Shown here: positions 1 to 15,182 of the stretch, piece by piece
How the letters are laid out: each line of letters begins with the position of its first letter
Position numbering within the stretch: the first letter of the stretch is position 1
From: the human T2T-CHM13v2.0 reference genome, Homo sapiens
DNA length: 64,000 nt
Reading direction: 5' to 3' (one strand)
NCBI RefSeq assembly: GCF_009914755.1
Contig: NC_060934.1
Position numbers and translations under genes: made by a program
The notes under the pieces: model-generated
Database searches by the model: none
Told to the model about the DNA's origin: nothing
What the model saw: only the letters and a program-made list of their open reading frames with translations

Positions 1-283
1 CATGCATCCTGCCATTGTTGCTGCATTCCAGGTAGGAATTAGAAGGAAGGGAAAAGGGCAAAAGTGCTATGTTAACTATCCCATTTGATCAGAAAAATAA
101 AGCTTTCTAGAAGTGCCATGCAAAGATTTCTACTTACATCTCATTGGCCAGAACTGGTCACAGTGGTCTGGGGAAATAAATTATTTTCAACTGGACACAT
201 TGCCACCCTACACAAATTAAGAGGTCTATTAGTAAGGATGGAGGAAAATGGAAAATAGGTAGGCAAATTGTAGAGTGTGACCA
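1..283 (-). mobile_element. Old MaLR LTR fragment (MLT1J/K-like)
   Basis: Contains ttctacttacatctcattggccagaactggtcaca, typical of reverse-strand MLT1 LTRs. Confidence 0.55.
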
Positions 284-1258
284 ACTCTTAACACTTATTT
301 GATAGAGAAGGACCCCTCTGGAAGGATTTTAAAGGGATTTTCCAAATGATGAAATTGGGGAGGACAGACTGTAGATGAGTGAGGCTACTGACAGATAGAC
401 CAGTTAACCTACTGATGCAGGAATCTAGGCAAGAAACAGTTCTGAACTAGGGCAGTGGCAATTATGGCAAAGAGGTAGAGGCAGGATTTAAATGATTAGG
501 AGTTGGAATGGGTAAGTTTAATGACAATCACAAAAACAAAAATCATCTCAATTTTATTTTACAGTTAGATTTGGATTAGTTGTAAAAAATCTAAACCTCT
601 TATCTTTCAGCATTGGCGAAGAATCTGCAGATATGTATTTTATTTCATTCCATTTTATTTATTTATTTTTAAAAATTTTACTTAATTCTGTATTTTAAAT
701 AAGAGTAGAAGGAAGAGGTGTGAGCCAGCCTCAAATTTCGGAGGTTAATAAGACAAAGAGTTGTCTGGCATGTTCGAAGAGGGTATGCTACTTAAGGGCT
801 TCAGATATGGTGAAAATTGAGCTGGAAACATGGTGAGAATAATATCCCTTTTGTAGGAATTTGGACTTGAAGTAACACAAATCAATGAATGTTTTAAAAA
901 CAACTGCTGTTTTAAAACTCACAACCAAGTTTATGTAATTACACTGTTCTTATTTGGAGCATTTTACTCATCCTTAGACCTCAGACTCCATACTGCAAAT
1001 GATGGTGAGTGTGTTTCCTAAATGCAGCAGATAAAACAGCCATCATCACAGCCCAAGCAAGATCTATGCCTCTATGACATTCTTTTGACCCAATCAGTTA
1101 AGAAAAGTTTGAATTTCTAGGTTTGAGAGAAGGCTACTCCTTCTGAGCTGTCATTTGAAATGCCAACATATCTCAGCTGTAGGTCAATGGGAAGTTGCAT
1201 GTTTTCTATTGACCACAGAACAAAGTAGCCAAATATTAATTAACATGTTTGAGAATGA

Positions 1259-1702
<444 letters not shown>

Positions 1703-3009
1703 TGAAATAATATTCAGAAAATGGAAATACAGAGTCAAATTCAAAATTTAAGTGTTATGTGATAAAATTATAACTGATATGAAAAACAAAACCACAGGAG
1801 AGTTGAAGAAGAAGGGAGTTGGAGACTTGAAGGGGTTTATAGGCCAAGGGGAGAAAGCAAGTTTGATTGAGTTTATACTCCAGCTATGTGGTCCTGAACT
1901 TCTGGAAGTTTCCACACATTGTCATTAGTGCTTATAGAAGAAACAGATCATCTGGATGCCTGACTGATAGTTTTATGTCTTACTCAGATATTGTTGTGTC
2001 TTCTTACTGGACTTAACAAACATACATCTGGAATCCATGCCTTTTAAGCAAAGATGAAAGTTGTCTTTAAAATGATATAATGAAAACTTAAGAGACAAAA
2101 TGAGAGCTTTATAATTTATTCTTCAAACATGGTTGGGTTATGGTAAAGATTTTCACATGTGAATGGCTATTTATGGAAAAAATCAACTCACTGCTTAATT
2201 TCTTAAAAACAGTATTTCAACAATTTAGGTCAAAATCAACAAAGATGTGATTCTCCTTACTGCACATGGCTCATTCTTGCGTTTGACTTCAGTTGCGTAC
2301 ATAATGCCTTTTATCTTACAATGTGAGTCTGTCTACCTTATTAGAATTCATAGAGCTACAGATTGGAAATGTGGTCTAAATGGAAAACTTTTTGAACATA
2401 ATGTGGTGCATGTCATTATTTTTCTTCCAAGAAAATAACATTCCAAAGAAGATGATTTCATTTGATGAATGGATCTACAAAGCAAAATTGTCATGCCCTA
2501 AAATCCAAATAGCTTTCCAGGAAACATGTAAGTTTCCCAAATTTCAAAGTCAGATTGTAAATACAGCTGCTGTGTGTCTGATCTTCTACCAATAAAATCT
2601 TTGCAGTGAGCAAGTGCAGTATTTTGCTTGGCAAGTTATTGTGTTAACTTGTGATTCAGATTATTAAAGTCATTAAAAAATTATACATAATTCTGTGATC
2701 TGGCAGCTGGGACAAAATATAGTTTTGATTGCCAGTACAATATAATAATTTCTTGAGTTGGTATTTTAATAATTGAGAACACAACTTAAATTATGTATTT
2801 TTTTAAGGGAAGGAAGGTTCTTAATGGTTATTTAGGCCAGTTCACTCACTTGAAACTGAGGCTCAGAGACAGTATTTGACTTATCCATGGCCACAAGCCT
2901 GCTTAAACACCTTTTTAGTTTGCCTGGTCTACTGGATTCTGCAAAGAATAAATATTGCATGCAGAGAATATTGCAATTTGGGATTGCCTTTTAAATGTGT
3001 GTTGATATG

Positions 3010-3542
3010 TGCGTTGACAGGATCTCTCTTACAATTTGTTGTTTTTTTTCTGTTCACCCTTCCTTTTCTCTTTATGAAGGACCCATTTCATATGGGTTCA
3101 CGTGGGAGTGACTTCCCCACAGGTGGCCAAAACACGTTAGCTTGGCCAATTGGAATTTCATACTCTTCAGGCCACATGACTAGTTCAGGGGTGGGTAGTA
3201 ACCTTGTCTGGTCCATCAGAGCCCTCCCCAGTCCCATTTATGGAGCTATATAAAAATGGTACTCTCTGTCTTCTATAATTGCTAGTATTAAGCCTGAAAC
3301 ATCTGATGACCATCTTAAGAGAATGAGGTCAATACACAAGAAACCAGAGCAAACTAAAGGATCAAAACTTGAGGACATCGTTTGAGTGTCTGGATCACAC
3401 TGTAGCTGAAGCAGGTGTACGCCCTGGATGCCTTCCTGTTAGGTGAATAAGTAAAAAAGATTTTTTTTTTTTTTTTTATTTGTGCTGAGGCTCATTGGAG
3501 TTCGTTTCTGCTACTTACAACCTGAAAAATTCTAAGTCACAT
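3010..3542 (+). mobile_element. Old ERVL-class LTR (LTR16/LTR33-like)
   Basis: 3' end resembles gagttgggtttctgtcacttgcaacc; diverged, boundaries approximate. Confidence 0.4.
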
Positions 3543-3989
3543 AGCACTTAGGGAACACAGGATCTCAAGCATTTTTGTGCTTTTACAATGGGCAAATGAA
3601 TAACACATACTGATCCTCAAAGAGGAAAGAGAAAAGAAGGGGGCCAGGAGCTTGGGTTGTAATCTTGGCCCAATCCAGAGGATGCTATTTGTATAGAAGA
3701 CCAGGTGCTCCTGGAGGTGTATGGCATCACGACTGGGAATTATTACAGTAAAAAGGGGTGACTGAAAAAAATTCTACTCTCTTTCACCCAGGAAATTTTG
3801 ATAAGTTTCATCAATCCTGTGGTGAATAACTATACCAGAAGTACATTAGAATGAGGAAAACAGCTTTTTGTGCTGACGCAGGTGGAGGAAAGGTGGCCTG
3901 GTGCAGTGCAGAGGTGAGGAGTGGTCTGTGCGGGCCGGACTTCCTGGCACAGCATCCATGAGTGTGGGCACCTGCTTCATGGCTGGACG

Positions 3990-4140
3990 GTCACTTACCT
4001 CTTCTGTGAAACAGAGGTGATTATAGAAACAGACAGCTGTGCCTGTTGATAGGGCCACTGAGAACAAACTAAGATGATACCCATGAGGCACTCAGAACAT
4101 TGCTGAGCCCCTGGTGGGTGTGCAGTCAATGTTAGCTATT
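3990..4140 (+). mobile_element. MIR fragment
   Basis: MIR core-like tcacttacctc...ctgtgaaac and 3' end aatgttagctatt. Confidence 0.55.
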
Positions 4141-4751
4141 TAATGATTTTTTTTAACAAGTAGATGGAGGGCTATTTCTTTTTTGTATTAACAGATGTCC
4201 TGGGAATGTTGGCTAGAACAAAGACTTAGGCAGGGAACTTTTAGAGGAATCTGAACGCATACTTCTTACCCTGAGACACAAGTTCTTTTTACAGTACTGG
4301 GGTTGCAATTCCTGTCCATCTAGCACACCCTGTATGCACCTGCATTCTCTTGTTAGTTGCACAGAATCCCATTTGCTGTGAATTATCCAGGAGAGGCTAG
4401 AGCCTGCCCATTGGAAAAAGGGGCTAATTTCTTAGAAGCTAGTCTGAAGAAACAGCTGCTGATGAGTAGACCCCCTCAGATAATATCTGCCTACAGTCTA
4501 GTTAAGGAGCCAAGAAGTCATAACAGGCATGAATAGCTATGTGACCCTGCAGAGTTCATTAACAGCAGGAGGGCAAAGGAGAGAGCCACAAGGAGCTGGG
4601 AGTTGCTGTAGAGTTGCTGAGCTGCACGGTGGGTGCTGAGGCCGGGGTGGTGGCGGCTTTTAGAGATCCCTGAGACAAGCCCCAGGCAGGGTGGTTTAGA
4701 GGCTGGGAGGAATCAGTCACTCAGTCCCTTTAAGTCTCTTGTGAATATTTA

Positions 4752-5381
<630 letters not shown>

Positions 5382-6630
5382 GGAAAACAAATGAATTCAA
5401 GACGGGTATATGACTTCTTTTTTTTGAGGCTGGAGGCTGGCTAGTCAATAAAAGAGAGGGAAAATCCTTAAAAGTACGGCCTCTGTTTTGTGAGGTCTGC
5501 TGCAGTCTCTGGGTTTGGCGTTTCCTCCTTGCCTGGTCTTTTCTGTGGTGGAAATGAAGGAAATCACTCCCAGGGATCCTTTGCCCCCCAAAAAAAAACT
5601 TCTGTGGAGAAAGTACAGGAGAGCAACGGGACAGCTTACTGCTCCTGAATTATTCACTGGTACTTGGGCTTCTCAGCTGCCCCGTGCACTGATTCTCTTC
5701 CTTCAGGGCAGCTGTGGCTTTAAGTACAGCAACTGTTACCTACAGCAGGAAGACTGGAAATGGAAGGAATTGGAACTTCCTTCTTTTGAAAACGATCTTT
5801 TCTGGTATCCTGACAATTCTACATAAGCATCTGTTAAGGGTTGGTGAGAGTCTGCTTGTGTTTTGCTCATTAATTAGTTTTCTTGCTGAGGGGAAAATGA
5901 TTTATTATATATGTAATTAGGGAATTGACTTCACAGTATCCATAGTTAAAGTCTAAAGTTATTTACTTCAGATATTTGCATCTTCCCATCCCCTCACCCC
6001 CTAAAACTTGTTAGAGTTAGTCTATTTATATTTTTTTCTAAAATGCTGATTGAAGTACAAAAGGCATAGGCTTGGGCTATTTGCAGTTCAACCTTCTGGA
6101 TGGATGCTGGTTTCCGATACAGGAATGTGCAGCTTCACAAGTTCCTCCAGGCCCTGAGTCAGACCATGGCCACCCGGTTTTGTGATGAGTATGTTTGATC
6201 CTAGACCCTTCAGAGGTCCAAAATAAGAACAGACGAGTTGAGTCTGCTCAAATCATGCTCTACTATGAACAAGGACATTCTCAGGACAACCAAAATTGAT
6301 CAGAGGCTGAAGATGGCTATAACACTTAATCAATCAGCCTGGTGATATCTTTTCATGGATAGCATTCAGTATGTCTTAAGCACTATGGATATTCCAAGGA
6401 AGGCAGGACAACAGTCCTGTCCTCTAAAAAGTTCTGGTCTGGTAAAAGACCAAAATCACACATGCCTAGGAACTGCAGGCACAGACCAATGCAGTGTGGT
6501 CAACCTGGAGTCATCCACATAGTTGCTGAGTAGCTACCACGTGCAGCACCCACAGTAAATACAGAGGAGACAGCCCCAGCCTCAAAGTGTTTAGAATCTG
6601 AGCGTGGAAGCAGTATATGAAAATAGAGCA

Positions 6631-6919
6631 TCAGGCACGGTGGCTCACCTTTGAGAATCCCAGCACTTTGGGAGGCCGAGGGAGGAGGATCACTTTAAGC
6701 CAGGAGTTTGAGACCAGCCTTTGCAACACAGCAAGACCTACCTCTACAAAAATTTAAAACCTTAGCTGGGGGTGGTGGTGGTACACAGCTGTAGTCCCAG
6801 CTTCTTGGGAGGCTGAGGCAGGAGGATTGCTTCAGCCCAGGAGTTGGAGGCTGCAGAGCATTCTGCTGGCAGCCTGGGAAACAGAGTGAGACCCTGTCTC
6901 CAAATATATATATATATAT
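6631..6919 (+). mobile_element. AluJ-like, ending in (TA)n
   Basis: Alu dimer with a deletion in the right arm. Confidence 0.88.
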
Positions 6920-7095
6920 TTATACTTCATCCCTATTGAGTAGGACAGATGAAAAGCTACTGGGAGTCCAAGGTGGAAGACATTACTCCGACCTAGTGCA
7001 AGGGGTCAAAGTTTCATCAAAGAGGTAACATTTGAAATTGATTCTTGAAGTAACAGTACAGTTTAATGATTCAGAGAACATCAGGTCTAGAAAAT

Positions 7096-7385
7096 CACGG
7101 CTGTAATCCCAGTGCTCCGGGAGGCTGAGGCAGGAGGATCGCTGGAGCCCAAGAGTTCAAGAGCATCCTGGACAACGTGGCAAGACCCCCTCTCTACAAA
7201 ATAAATAAATAAATAAATATTAGCCAGGCATGGTGGCATGCATCTGTTATCCCAGCTACTCAGGAGGTTGAGGTAGGTTGAGCCCAGCAATTCAAGGCTG
7301 CAGTGAGTGGGCTACAATTGCCACTGCACTCTAGCCTGGGTGACAGAGCAAGACCCTGTCTCCATAAAAAAAAGAAAGAAAAAAA
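7096..7385 (+). mobile_element. AluJ-like
   Basis: Alu dimer with (AAAT)n linker and A tail. Confidence 0.9.
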
Positions 7386-8167
7386 CAGGAAATCATGGGA
7401 GGGAAGTCTCTGAGGATAATTTGGAATTCAGGACCACAAACTTCACCCTTTTCTATCTCTAGTTTGTGGTTTCCCCCTTTTAGGACAATAGTGAGTATGG
7501 TGTGATACAGGCTAACATGGCTAATAAGACTTGGTGGGGCTGATGAAACTGCATGGATTCCAGATAATACCAGAACATAATAAGTGCTCTACGATTCGTC
7601 TCCCACAGGTCTTAGTCCAGGACTGATTTAGTCCTGTCTGGTCTATTGCGTAAAAATGAAGATTAAGCCAGTTCTAAATGTCTTAGTAAACCTCTGACGT
7701 GGCTTGTGAGATATTTTAATGCTTGAGGTCATGTTAAAGGGACTTACCTATAGCAGCAATTGTGTCTCTCAAGCAAAACAAACAAGGGCAAATTCATTGA
7801 TCTGTTTGGATTGAATAACCCAGTGGGAACAGGAAACGTACCTTGGGCAGTGCTGTCCACCGAGAGCAATGGGAAAATATCCCTCGGGGAGGAGGAGCAG
7901 ATTCTGGTGACAAAATGTTGCTGTGGCAGGAACTCCACCTATTTGAAGTTAGAAGAAGCTGCCCCAGCACCATGGCCTGGAACCTGGTGACCAGGTGAAA
8001 CTGAGCTCCCAGGCTGTAGTGCTTGGGAAGCGTGCCCCTCAGCTGCTGGGCAAGGCCCTCTGAATCTGCAGGGATTCTAAGACCCCAACAAGAGCAACCC
8101 AGGCCTCCTCATGCCTCCTGTCCTGCCCATCTGAAGACTGTCTTCCCCCAGCCCACTTTAAAAATAA

Positions 8168-8611
<444 letters not shown>

Positions 8612-9143
8612 TAATAGGAATGCTGAGAACTTCAACAGTGAAATAAATCACATGATGATGACTTACGACAGTAAGGCTTGAATCCCTTAGGCAATTAAAA
8701 GGTTAAACTTGCTGACAAATTCCTTCTGTATAAAAAAGTCTAAAAAGTCAAAAGAAGAACAAAAGCATGATGTCTGGCAGGATCCAACACATTCTCCTCC
8801 TGTCCTTGGGGCCTCTTCCCTCTGAGGCTGGTAGGAGGGACAGAGAGGGACAGACAGAGAGAATTCGAGTTTCACCCTCAAAACCTCAAAATGTCAATGT
8901 TATTATAACGTGAGGCAGTAAGGAGCTTTCGCTAAAAAACAAGTAACAAAAAGAAAAAACACAGATAAAATACTATCTTATGTTCTGCCGTTTCCATGGC
9001 AAAATCCGTTAAGATCCATTACCTCCGTGTCTTCTGACTTTCTGCCTCTGTCATCGAGCTGCTGTCCTCCCGGGTCACTTGAATGAACTCTTTGGGGTTT
9101 TCAGTGGCTTCCTTTTCTACCTTTCCACAGCCTCATTCTTCTT

Positions 9144-9440
9144 CTGTTCTTTTTCCAGAGTCAGGGTCTTGCTCTGTCACTCACACTGGGGTGCAGTGGT
9201 GCAGTCATAGCTCACTGCAGTCTCTGACTCCTGGGCTCAAGGGATCCTCCCTCAGCCTCTTAAGTAGCTCAGACTACAGGCATGTACCACCATTCCCAGC
9301 TAATTTTTAAAAATTATTTTTTGAAGAGATGGGGTCTCACCTTTTTGCCCAGGTTGGTCTCAAACTCCTGGCTCAAGTGATCCTTCCATCTTGGGCTCCC
9401 AAAATGCTAGGTTTACAGGTGTGAGCCACTGTGTCCAGCC
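9144..9440 (-). mobile_element. AluJ-like
   Basis: Reverse Alu dimer; 15-bp TSD agcctcattcttctt. Confidence 0.92.
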
Positions 9441-10374
9441 TAGCCTCATTCTTCTTAATGTCTTGGTAGCATTTCACCACTGCTTCCTCCTGGAAGCTGT
9501 CTTTCTTCACTGCAGGGAAACTGCACCATCCTCCTGTGTTTCTGAGCGGTTCCATCATCCTTTGCTCCCTCTTTGCTGGCCAGCTCCCTTCCAGTGCCCT
9601 CCAGCTTTTTTGAGCATTAAATGAGGAGATATTTGTGCTAACATTTAGATGATGTAGCTATCCCAACAAAAAGTGTTGCTAATGTGATCATGTTCTGTTT
9701 CATGTCTTCTCATCTGAAAGGTGATCTATTTTTCAGTTGCCTGTTCTCTTTGGGTTTCTTGCTTTGCCTCTGGGAAACCTCATTCTGCACTGAACCGATC
9801 ACATTTCTCTCACATTGGCCCCTCATTCTGCTGTATCTCCTGTGCTTACTTAACTTAGACAGAGGTTCCAGAAGACAGAGAATTGTGGTGCGAAGGTCAC
9901 AGCTGCTCTGAGAGTCTGTCAGTGAGGAGACATTGCTGGACATTCCTCAAAGGAACCCTCTTTGTCAACAAGCATGAGGTCCTGTTAGAAGGACAGAGTA
10001 AACAATGCCATGGCCTTCAACACACCAGCAAGCTTCCTATTGCTATTTTCTGGGCTAATTGACTTGTTCTTTTGTTTCCTCAATGCTTTCATTAGTTCTG
10101 TAATCAGGTCACTGTGTTAAATCCCCTCTGTTCAGAATATCTGGTGTTGTTTCTGTTCTCTGGGCCACCTTAACTTCTTCTCCCTGCCTTTCCAAGCTCC
10201 AGGGCACTGGAGCTTTTCACTGGAGCAGGGTCATTCACTTATCATCAGATTCCATAATCTTGTCTGCTGAGTCCAATCATAGTTGGAAATTTGACCAAGG
10301 CTTAGTATATAAAGGGCTCGTGTGTATGTGTGTCTGTGGAGGGGAGTGGTGGTGGTGTGATAATATATAAAAAA

Positions 10375-10466
10375 TTTTATTTTTTATATTATGGATACAT
10401 AAGAGTTGTACATATTTATGGGGTGAATGTGACGTTTTGATACAGGCATGCAGTGCATAGTAATCA
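10375..10466 (-). mobile_element. L1MA-like 3' terminus
   Basis: catatttatgggg...ttttgatacaggcatg matches the reverse L1MA 3' end. Confidence 0.75.
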
Positions 10467-10567
10467 GAGAAGACCTCAATGCCCCACTTTCAGCATTGGG
10501 AAAACCGTCCAGACAGAAAATCAACAAGAAAACATTGGACTTAATCTGCACTGTAGACCAAATGGAT
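10461..10567 (+). mobile_element. L1 ORF2 endonuclease-region fragment
   Basis: Translates [25 protein letters not shown], similar to L1 ORF2p GDFNTPLS..DRS.RQK.NK. Confidence 0.8.
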
Positions 10568-10637
10568 CATTCCACACTGGTAACATTTTCTAGTTTAGCA
10601 GTTTGCTGTAGTCTTTTTCGAAGGCTACGAAGCATAA

Positions 10638-10830
<193 letters not shown>

Positions 10831-11027
10831 ATAAGTAACATTTTTGACATAGATCTAGGTGTTTCAGTATAATTTGATTTTGGGTTATATCAGGAGAGAG
10901 AACACACATGAAATCTTAATAAAATAATAACCAAAGAAGAAAACTGTCCCTGGTAGGATCCCTCTGTGTTCTAGCACTTTCTGGTTCTCATAGGCACTGG
11001 TTAGTCAGGGAAGGTAGAGGCTATGCT

Positions 11028-11099
11028 GGTGCCAGAGCACCGGGCTATGTGGGTGCCAAAGCATCAGGCCACATGGGCATCAGAGCACCAGGCCACGTG
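11028..11099. repeat. Degenerate 24-bp tandem repeat, 3 copies
   Basis: ggtgccagagcaccgggctatgtg / ggtgccaaagcatcaggccacatg / ggcatcagagcaccaggccacgtg. Confidence 0.75.
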
Positions 11100-12017
11100 G
11101 GCCAGCTGGGGCTGGGACCTTCCCCCCTTCCAAAGAGCTGTGGACTCTGGCTCAGGCCATGTTCATCTCTAAAAGGAATTTTGCAAACCTGTTGCTTCTG
11201 TTTTTTTTTCTTCCGGACTTACAGTAATCACAGAAAGAATTTAACTTCACTTAATTTAAAAGGATTTGGAGCGGGAGGGGTTTTTCAATTACCCACAGGT
11301 GCTGTAGGGGCTGGCGCAGGCAGTGGGGTTGGGGGAGTTCTACTTTAGAAACCAAGGTCAGCCACACTCCCTGGTGGGAAGATACTGACGCATATCCCAG
11401 CGAACACTCCCAGCCTAGTCCTCTAATTGTTGAGTAACTCCTGGGGGACTCGTGTCTGATTGCTCTTTGGCAGAGTCTGAATCTGAGCTTCAGTGCTTAA
11501 AATGTATGGCATCTAATTCTAATTGAGGATAATTCCACGTCCCCACATTGATTTCAGCTCCCTGCTTCTTATGACCAAGGAACTGCATTGAAAAGAGTGT
11601 TTCCTGGCTGTTGAATGATGATGAAGCTGAGTTCCAGCTTTCTCGGTTTGGATCTAACTGGACCGGAACAGGTCATGGCAAGCTTCTCTTGGCATTTTAG
11701 TTGTTGATAAGTGAACAATAAACTCTGTTTAATAGTAAGCTGTGATTTTTTTTTTTTTTTAAAGATGCACTGCCCTTCATCTTTGGGCAACATTTCTATG
11801 ACAGTGAAAGTGATCAAGGCACATGACTAAGGGGAAACTCCATGAAATGACACCCCTTTAAGAAAGAAAGAGCCCCAAGCCTCAAGCATGTTAAACGAGA
11901 TCATCGAAGTCAGGTGCTCAGCATAAAGTCACCATACAGCACATGCTCAATAAGTGTCAGGGGCTGAGAGGCAGTCTTTCCAGGGAGGAGAAATGAATAT
12001 GAAATAATGGGTAATCA

Positions 12018-12780
12018 CAGCTAGATAGGAGGAAAAAGTTCCAGTTCTCTAGACCACTGTAGGGTGACTACAGTTACAATAGTATATATGTTTAGATAGC
12101 TAGAAGGATTTTTTTAAACTTATATTTTAGGCTCAGGGGTAAATGCATAGGTTTGTTTTATAGGGGAGCTGCATGTCACGAGGGTTTGGTGTACAGGTTA
12201 TTTCATTACCCAGGTAATAAGCATAGTACGTAAGTATCTTTTTTTCTGATCCTCTCCCCTCTCCCACCCTCCACCCTCAAGTAGCCCCCAGTGTCTATTT
12301 TTCCCTTAGTGTCCATGTGTTCTCATTGTTCCCACTTATTGGTGAGAACATAGGGTATTTGGTTTTCAGTTTTTGTGTCAGTTTGCTGAGGATAATGACC
12401 TCTGGCTCCATCCATGTTGCTGCCAAGGGCATGATCTCATTCTTTTTATGGCTGCATAGTATTCCATGATGTGTATGAACCACATTTTCTATATCCAGTC
12501 TACTGTTGATGGGCATTTAGGTTGATTCTATGTTTTTGCTATTGTGAATAGCGCTGCAGTGAACATATGTGTGCATATGTCTTTATTGTAGAACAGTTTA
12601 TATTCCAGAAGGAGAATACTGAATGTTCACAACAAAAAGAAATGATAAATGATAGAATTGATGGATATGCTAATTACTGTGATGTGATCTGTATACATTA
12701 GATGTATGGAAACATTGCTATGTATGCTATAAATATATATAATTATCATGTATTATTTAAAAAATAAAAACTAAAAAATA
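12018..12780 (+). mobile_element. L1MA 3' end, interrupted by a younger L1
   Basis: L1MA 3'UTR motifs on both sides of the insert; flanking repeat ggtaatca. Confidence 0.8.
12109..12606 (-). mobile_element. 5'-truncated L1PA13-16/L1PB-like 3' end
   Basis: Reverse L1 ORF2 C-terminus and 3'UTR; TSD agaagga (12102-12108 and 12607-12613). Confidence 0.9.
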
Positions 12781-14887
12781 GGTAATCAATATTAATCAAT
12801 AAATCCAAGAGATCAAGTATTAAAAGGTATTCTTATGAAATAAAGTTTACATCATTTCCACATTTCTCCAAGGCTTGCCTGAATCGTTTCACTCCCAACA
12901 TCCTGAGACATGACTCAGAAGAGTTCAGGTAGCACAGCACACTGCTCACTCACGAGCTTCGGTTATGTTTTTAATCTATATGGCAATGATCATATTTACA
13001 TGACCAGGTCCCTGTGGCTGCTAGCCTGCCAATTGTACCAATAGACTTAACAATGCAGCAAGTCATATGGTTAGCCCTGTGTCTGATGGGCTGCAGGACC
13101 TAGACCTGAATACACAGGAAAGACATCTCAGGAAATGCGAAGTCCTAATTCATGTCTGTTAAATTCTGGCTGGCCACAATGGAAACAATCAAGTAATTGA
13201 AAGACAGAAGTGTAACAGAGTAAGTTGCTTAAATGCTTAGTGAGGAATAAATTCTGTAGACCTATTGCTTTTATTATTTTAGCTCCAAGACAGCAACGTC
13301 AAACTATGTCGATAAAGGCTGGGGCCTAAACAAAACTGGAATTACTCTTTCCTGGATAATTTGTCAGAAAGCAGACGTCTTGCTTAGTTTTCAAGAATTA
13401 CTTCCAAATTTCAACCCACTTCACAAATCACCATTAGATTGAACATTTTTTAGACTTCAAGCAGTTTAGAATAAAAGCCCATTTAACTTTTAATTCAAAA
13501 TGCTTTTTTTTTTGCTAGTTTAGAAAGCTTTCTTGCCCAATATATCTATAGAATATTAAGAAGGATCTAAAACATTTGCAAGCAGTTTTTCCCCACTAAG
13601 AATGATGATAGAAATTTAAGAACAATTCTTGATCCAATTCAAGGTTTGAGTGTATAAGGTACATTCGGTGATTGAGTGTCACTTAACAGAGGTATACATA
13701 TCCTTCTTTTAATCACCAGGACCCCAAAACCAAATGACTTAGCTTGTAAAAAGCAAAAATGAGAAGGCATCTACCTAACTGCATTTCATAGATAGTGTAG
13801 AAATACCACAGATACTATAAAATTCATAGCTGACAGCAATGCCATTGGTATGAGATTATAATTTCATAACTATAAAAATATTTTTGTGATAGCTGATGTT
13901 AGGAGTTTTTGTATAATTTCCTACATAATCATACGTCACAGCTTGGAAATCACAGACAAAAACTGACTCTTACAAAAGGTCAAGAAGACCTAGTCTCAGT
14001 TGTGAGAGTTGGAAAAGGAAAATATACAAACAGGAAAATGCAAGACACAAATATCTTAGTCCTGGGGAAAACAAGAACTTCTAGAAATCCTGTTTGCCAT
14101 CCCTGATGGTGAAGTTTTCATTCTATTTGCCAGAACTTCAATTCAAAAGCTTACTAGACAGAAACAGAATTCTATGGGATATTATGTTTCCATGTTGAAA
14201 GTCTTGTTACTTCTCAGCAACAGCTTTGCTGCTAAGAAGAAAAGATCATCATACATTACTCTTGTAAGGTGGTATGAGTCAAAATGCTTTGGATGAAAAA
14301 CATTAAATTAAAAATTGTAAAGATATGCTGTTATTTAAAACTTGGGTCTTTCACTATGAGGATTATGTTTTCTTGTAGTTATTTTTTCCCTCTAATGATT
14401 TGGTGACTTTAAAAGCTATTTCCCCTCCTTTTACTGTTAAATGTAAAAACTCTATTTAATGCAGTTTTCTCTAATGATCAATACCATGAATGAAATAGCA
14501 ACTACCTACTCCTTTATTATAAGAGGATCAACTTAGAATGAGCTAATTCCTCCCTTACTCTTCACTCTATTTTCTAGTTCTTTTTGATGAAACTGGAATT
14601 ATAAATCCAGATAATTATTATCTACTTATCTTTCGCATCTTATATGTCAATAATTACCTTTGACCTTGCATTCTGTAATCATATGAACAATGATTTAGAA
14701 TTAGTTTTGTGTCATATTGAGGCACTTTTTTTTTTGCCTATAATTTTTACTACAAATTTTCCAACCTTGAGTTAATTTTATTCATCTCTTTAGATTACAT
14801 CTTTCAGTAATTTCCTCTTTTCTCCTCCAACTTTTTTAAACTGAAAATTTGAAAGGAACTGGAGGATATTATAAAATAGGAATATAT

Positions 14888-15182
14888 TTTTTTTTATTTT
14901 TGAGACAGGGTCTCACTCTGCTGCCCAGGCTGGAGTGCAGAGGTGCAATCATAGCTCATTGCAGCCTGACTTGGGCCCAAGTGATCCTCCCACCTCAGTC
15001 TCCTGAGTAGCTGGGACCAGAGGCGCAGGCTACCACCCCTGACTAATTAAAAAAATTTTTTTTTGCAGAGACAGGGTCTCACTATGTTGCCTAGGTTGGC
15101 TTCAAACTCCTGGGCTCAAAAGATCCTACTGCCTTGGCCCCCCAAAGTACTGGGATTACAGGCATGAGCCACTGCACCAGCT
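14888..15182 (-). mobile_element. AluJ-like
   Basis: Reverse Alu dimer. Confidence 0.92.

Noticed and set aside
7694-7708. 15-mer ctgacgtggcttgtg recurring at 55810-55824
   Set aside because: A few exact 15-mer matches are expected by chance in 64 kb, and the flanks do not align
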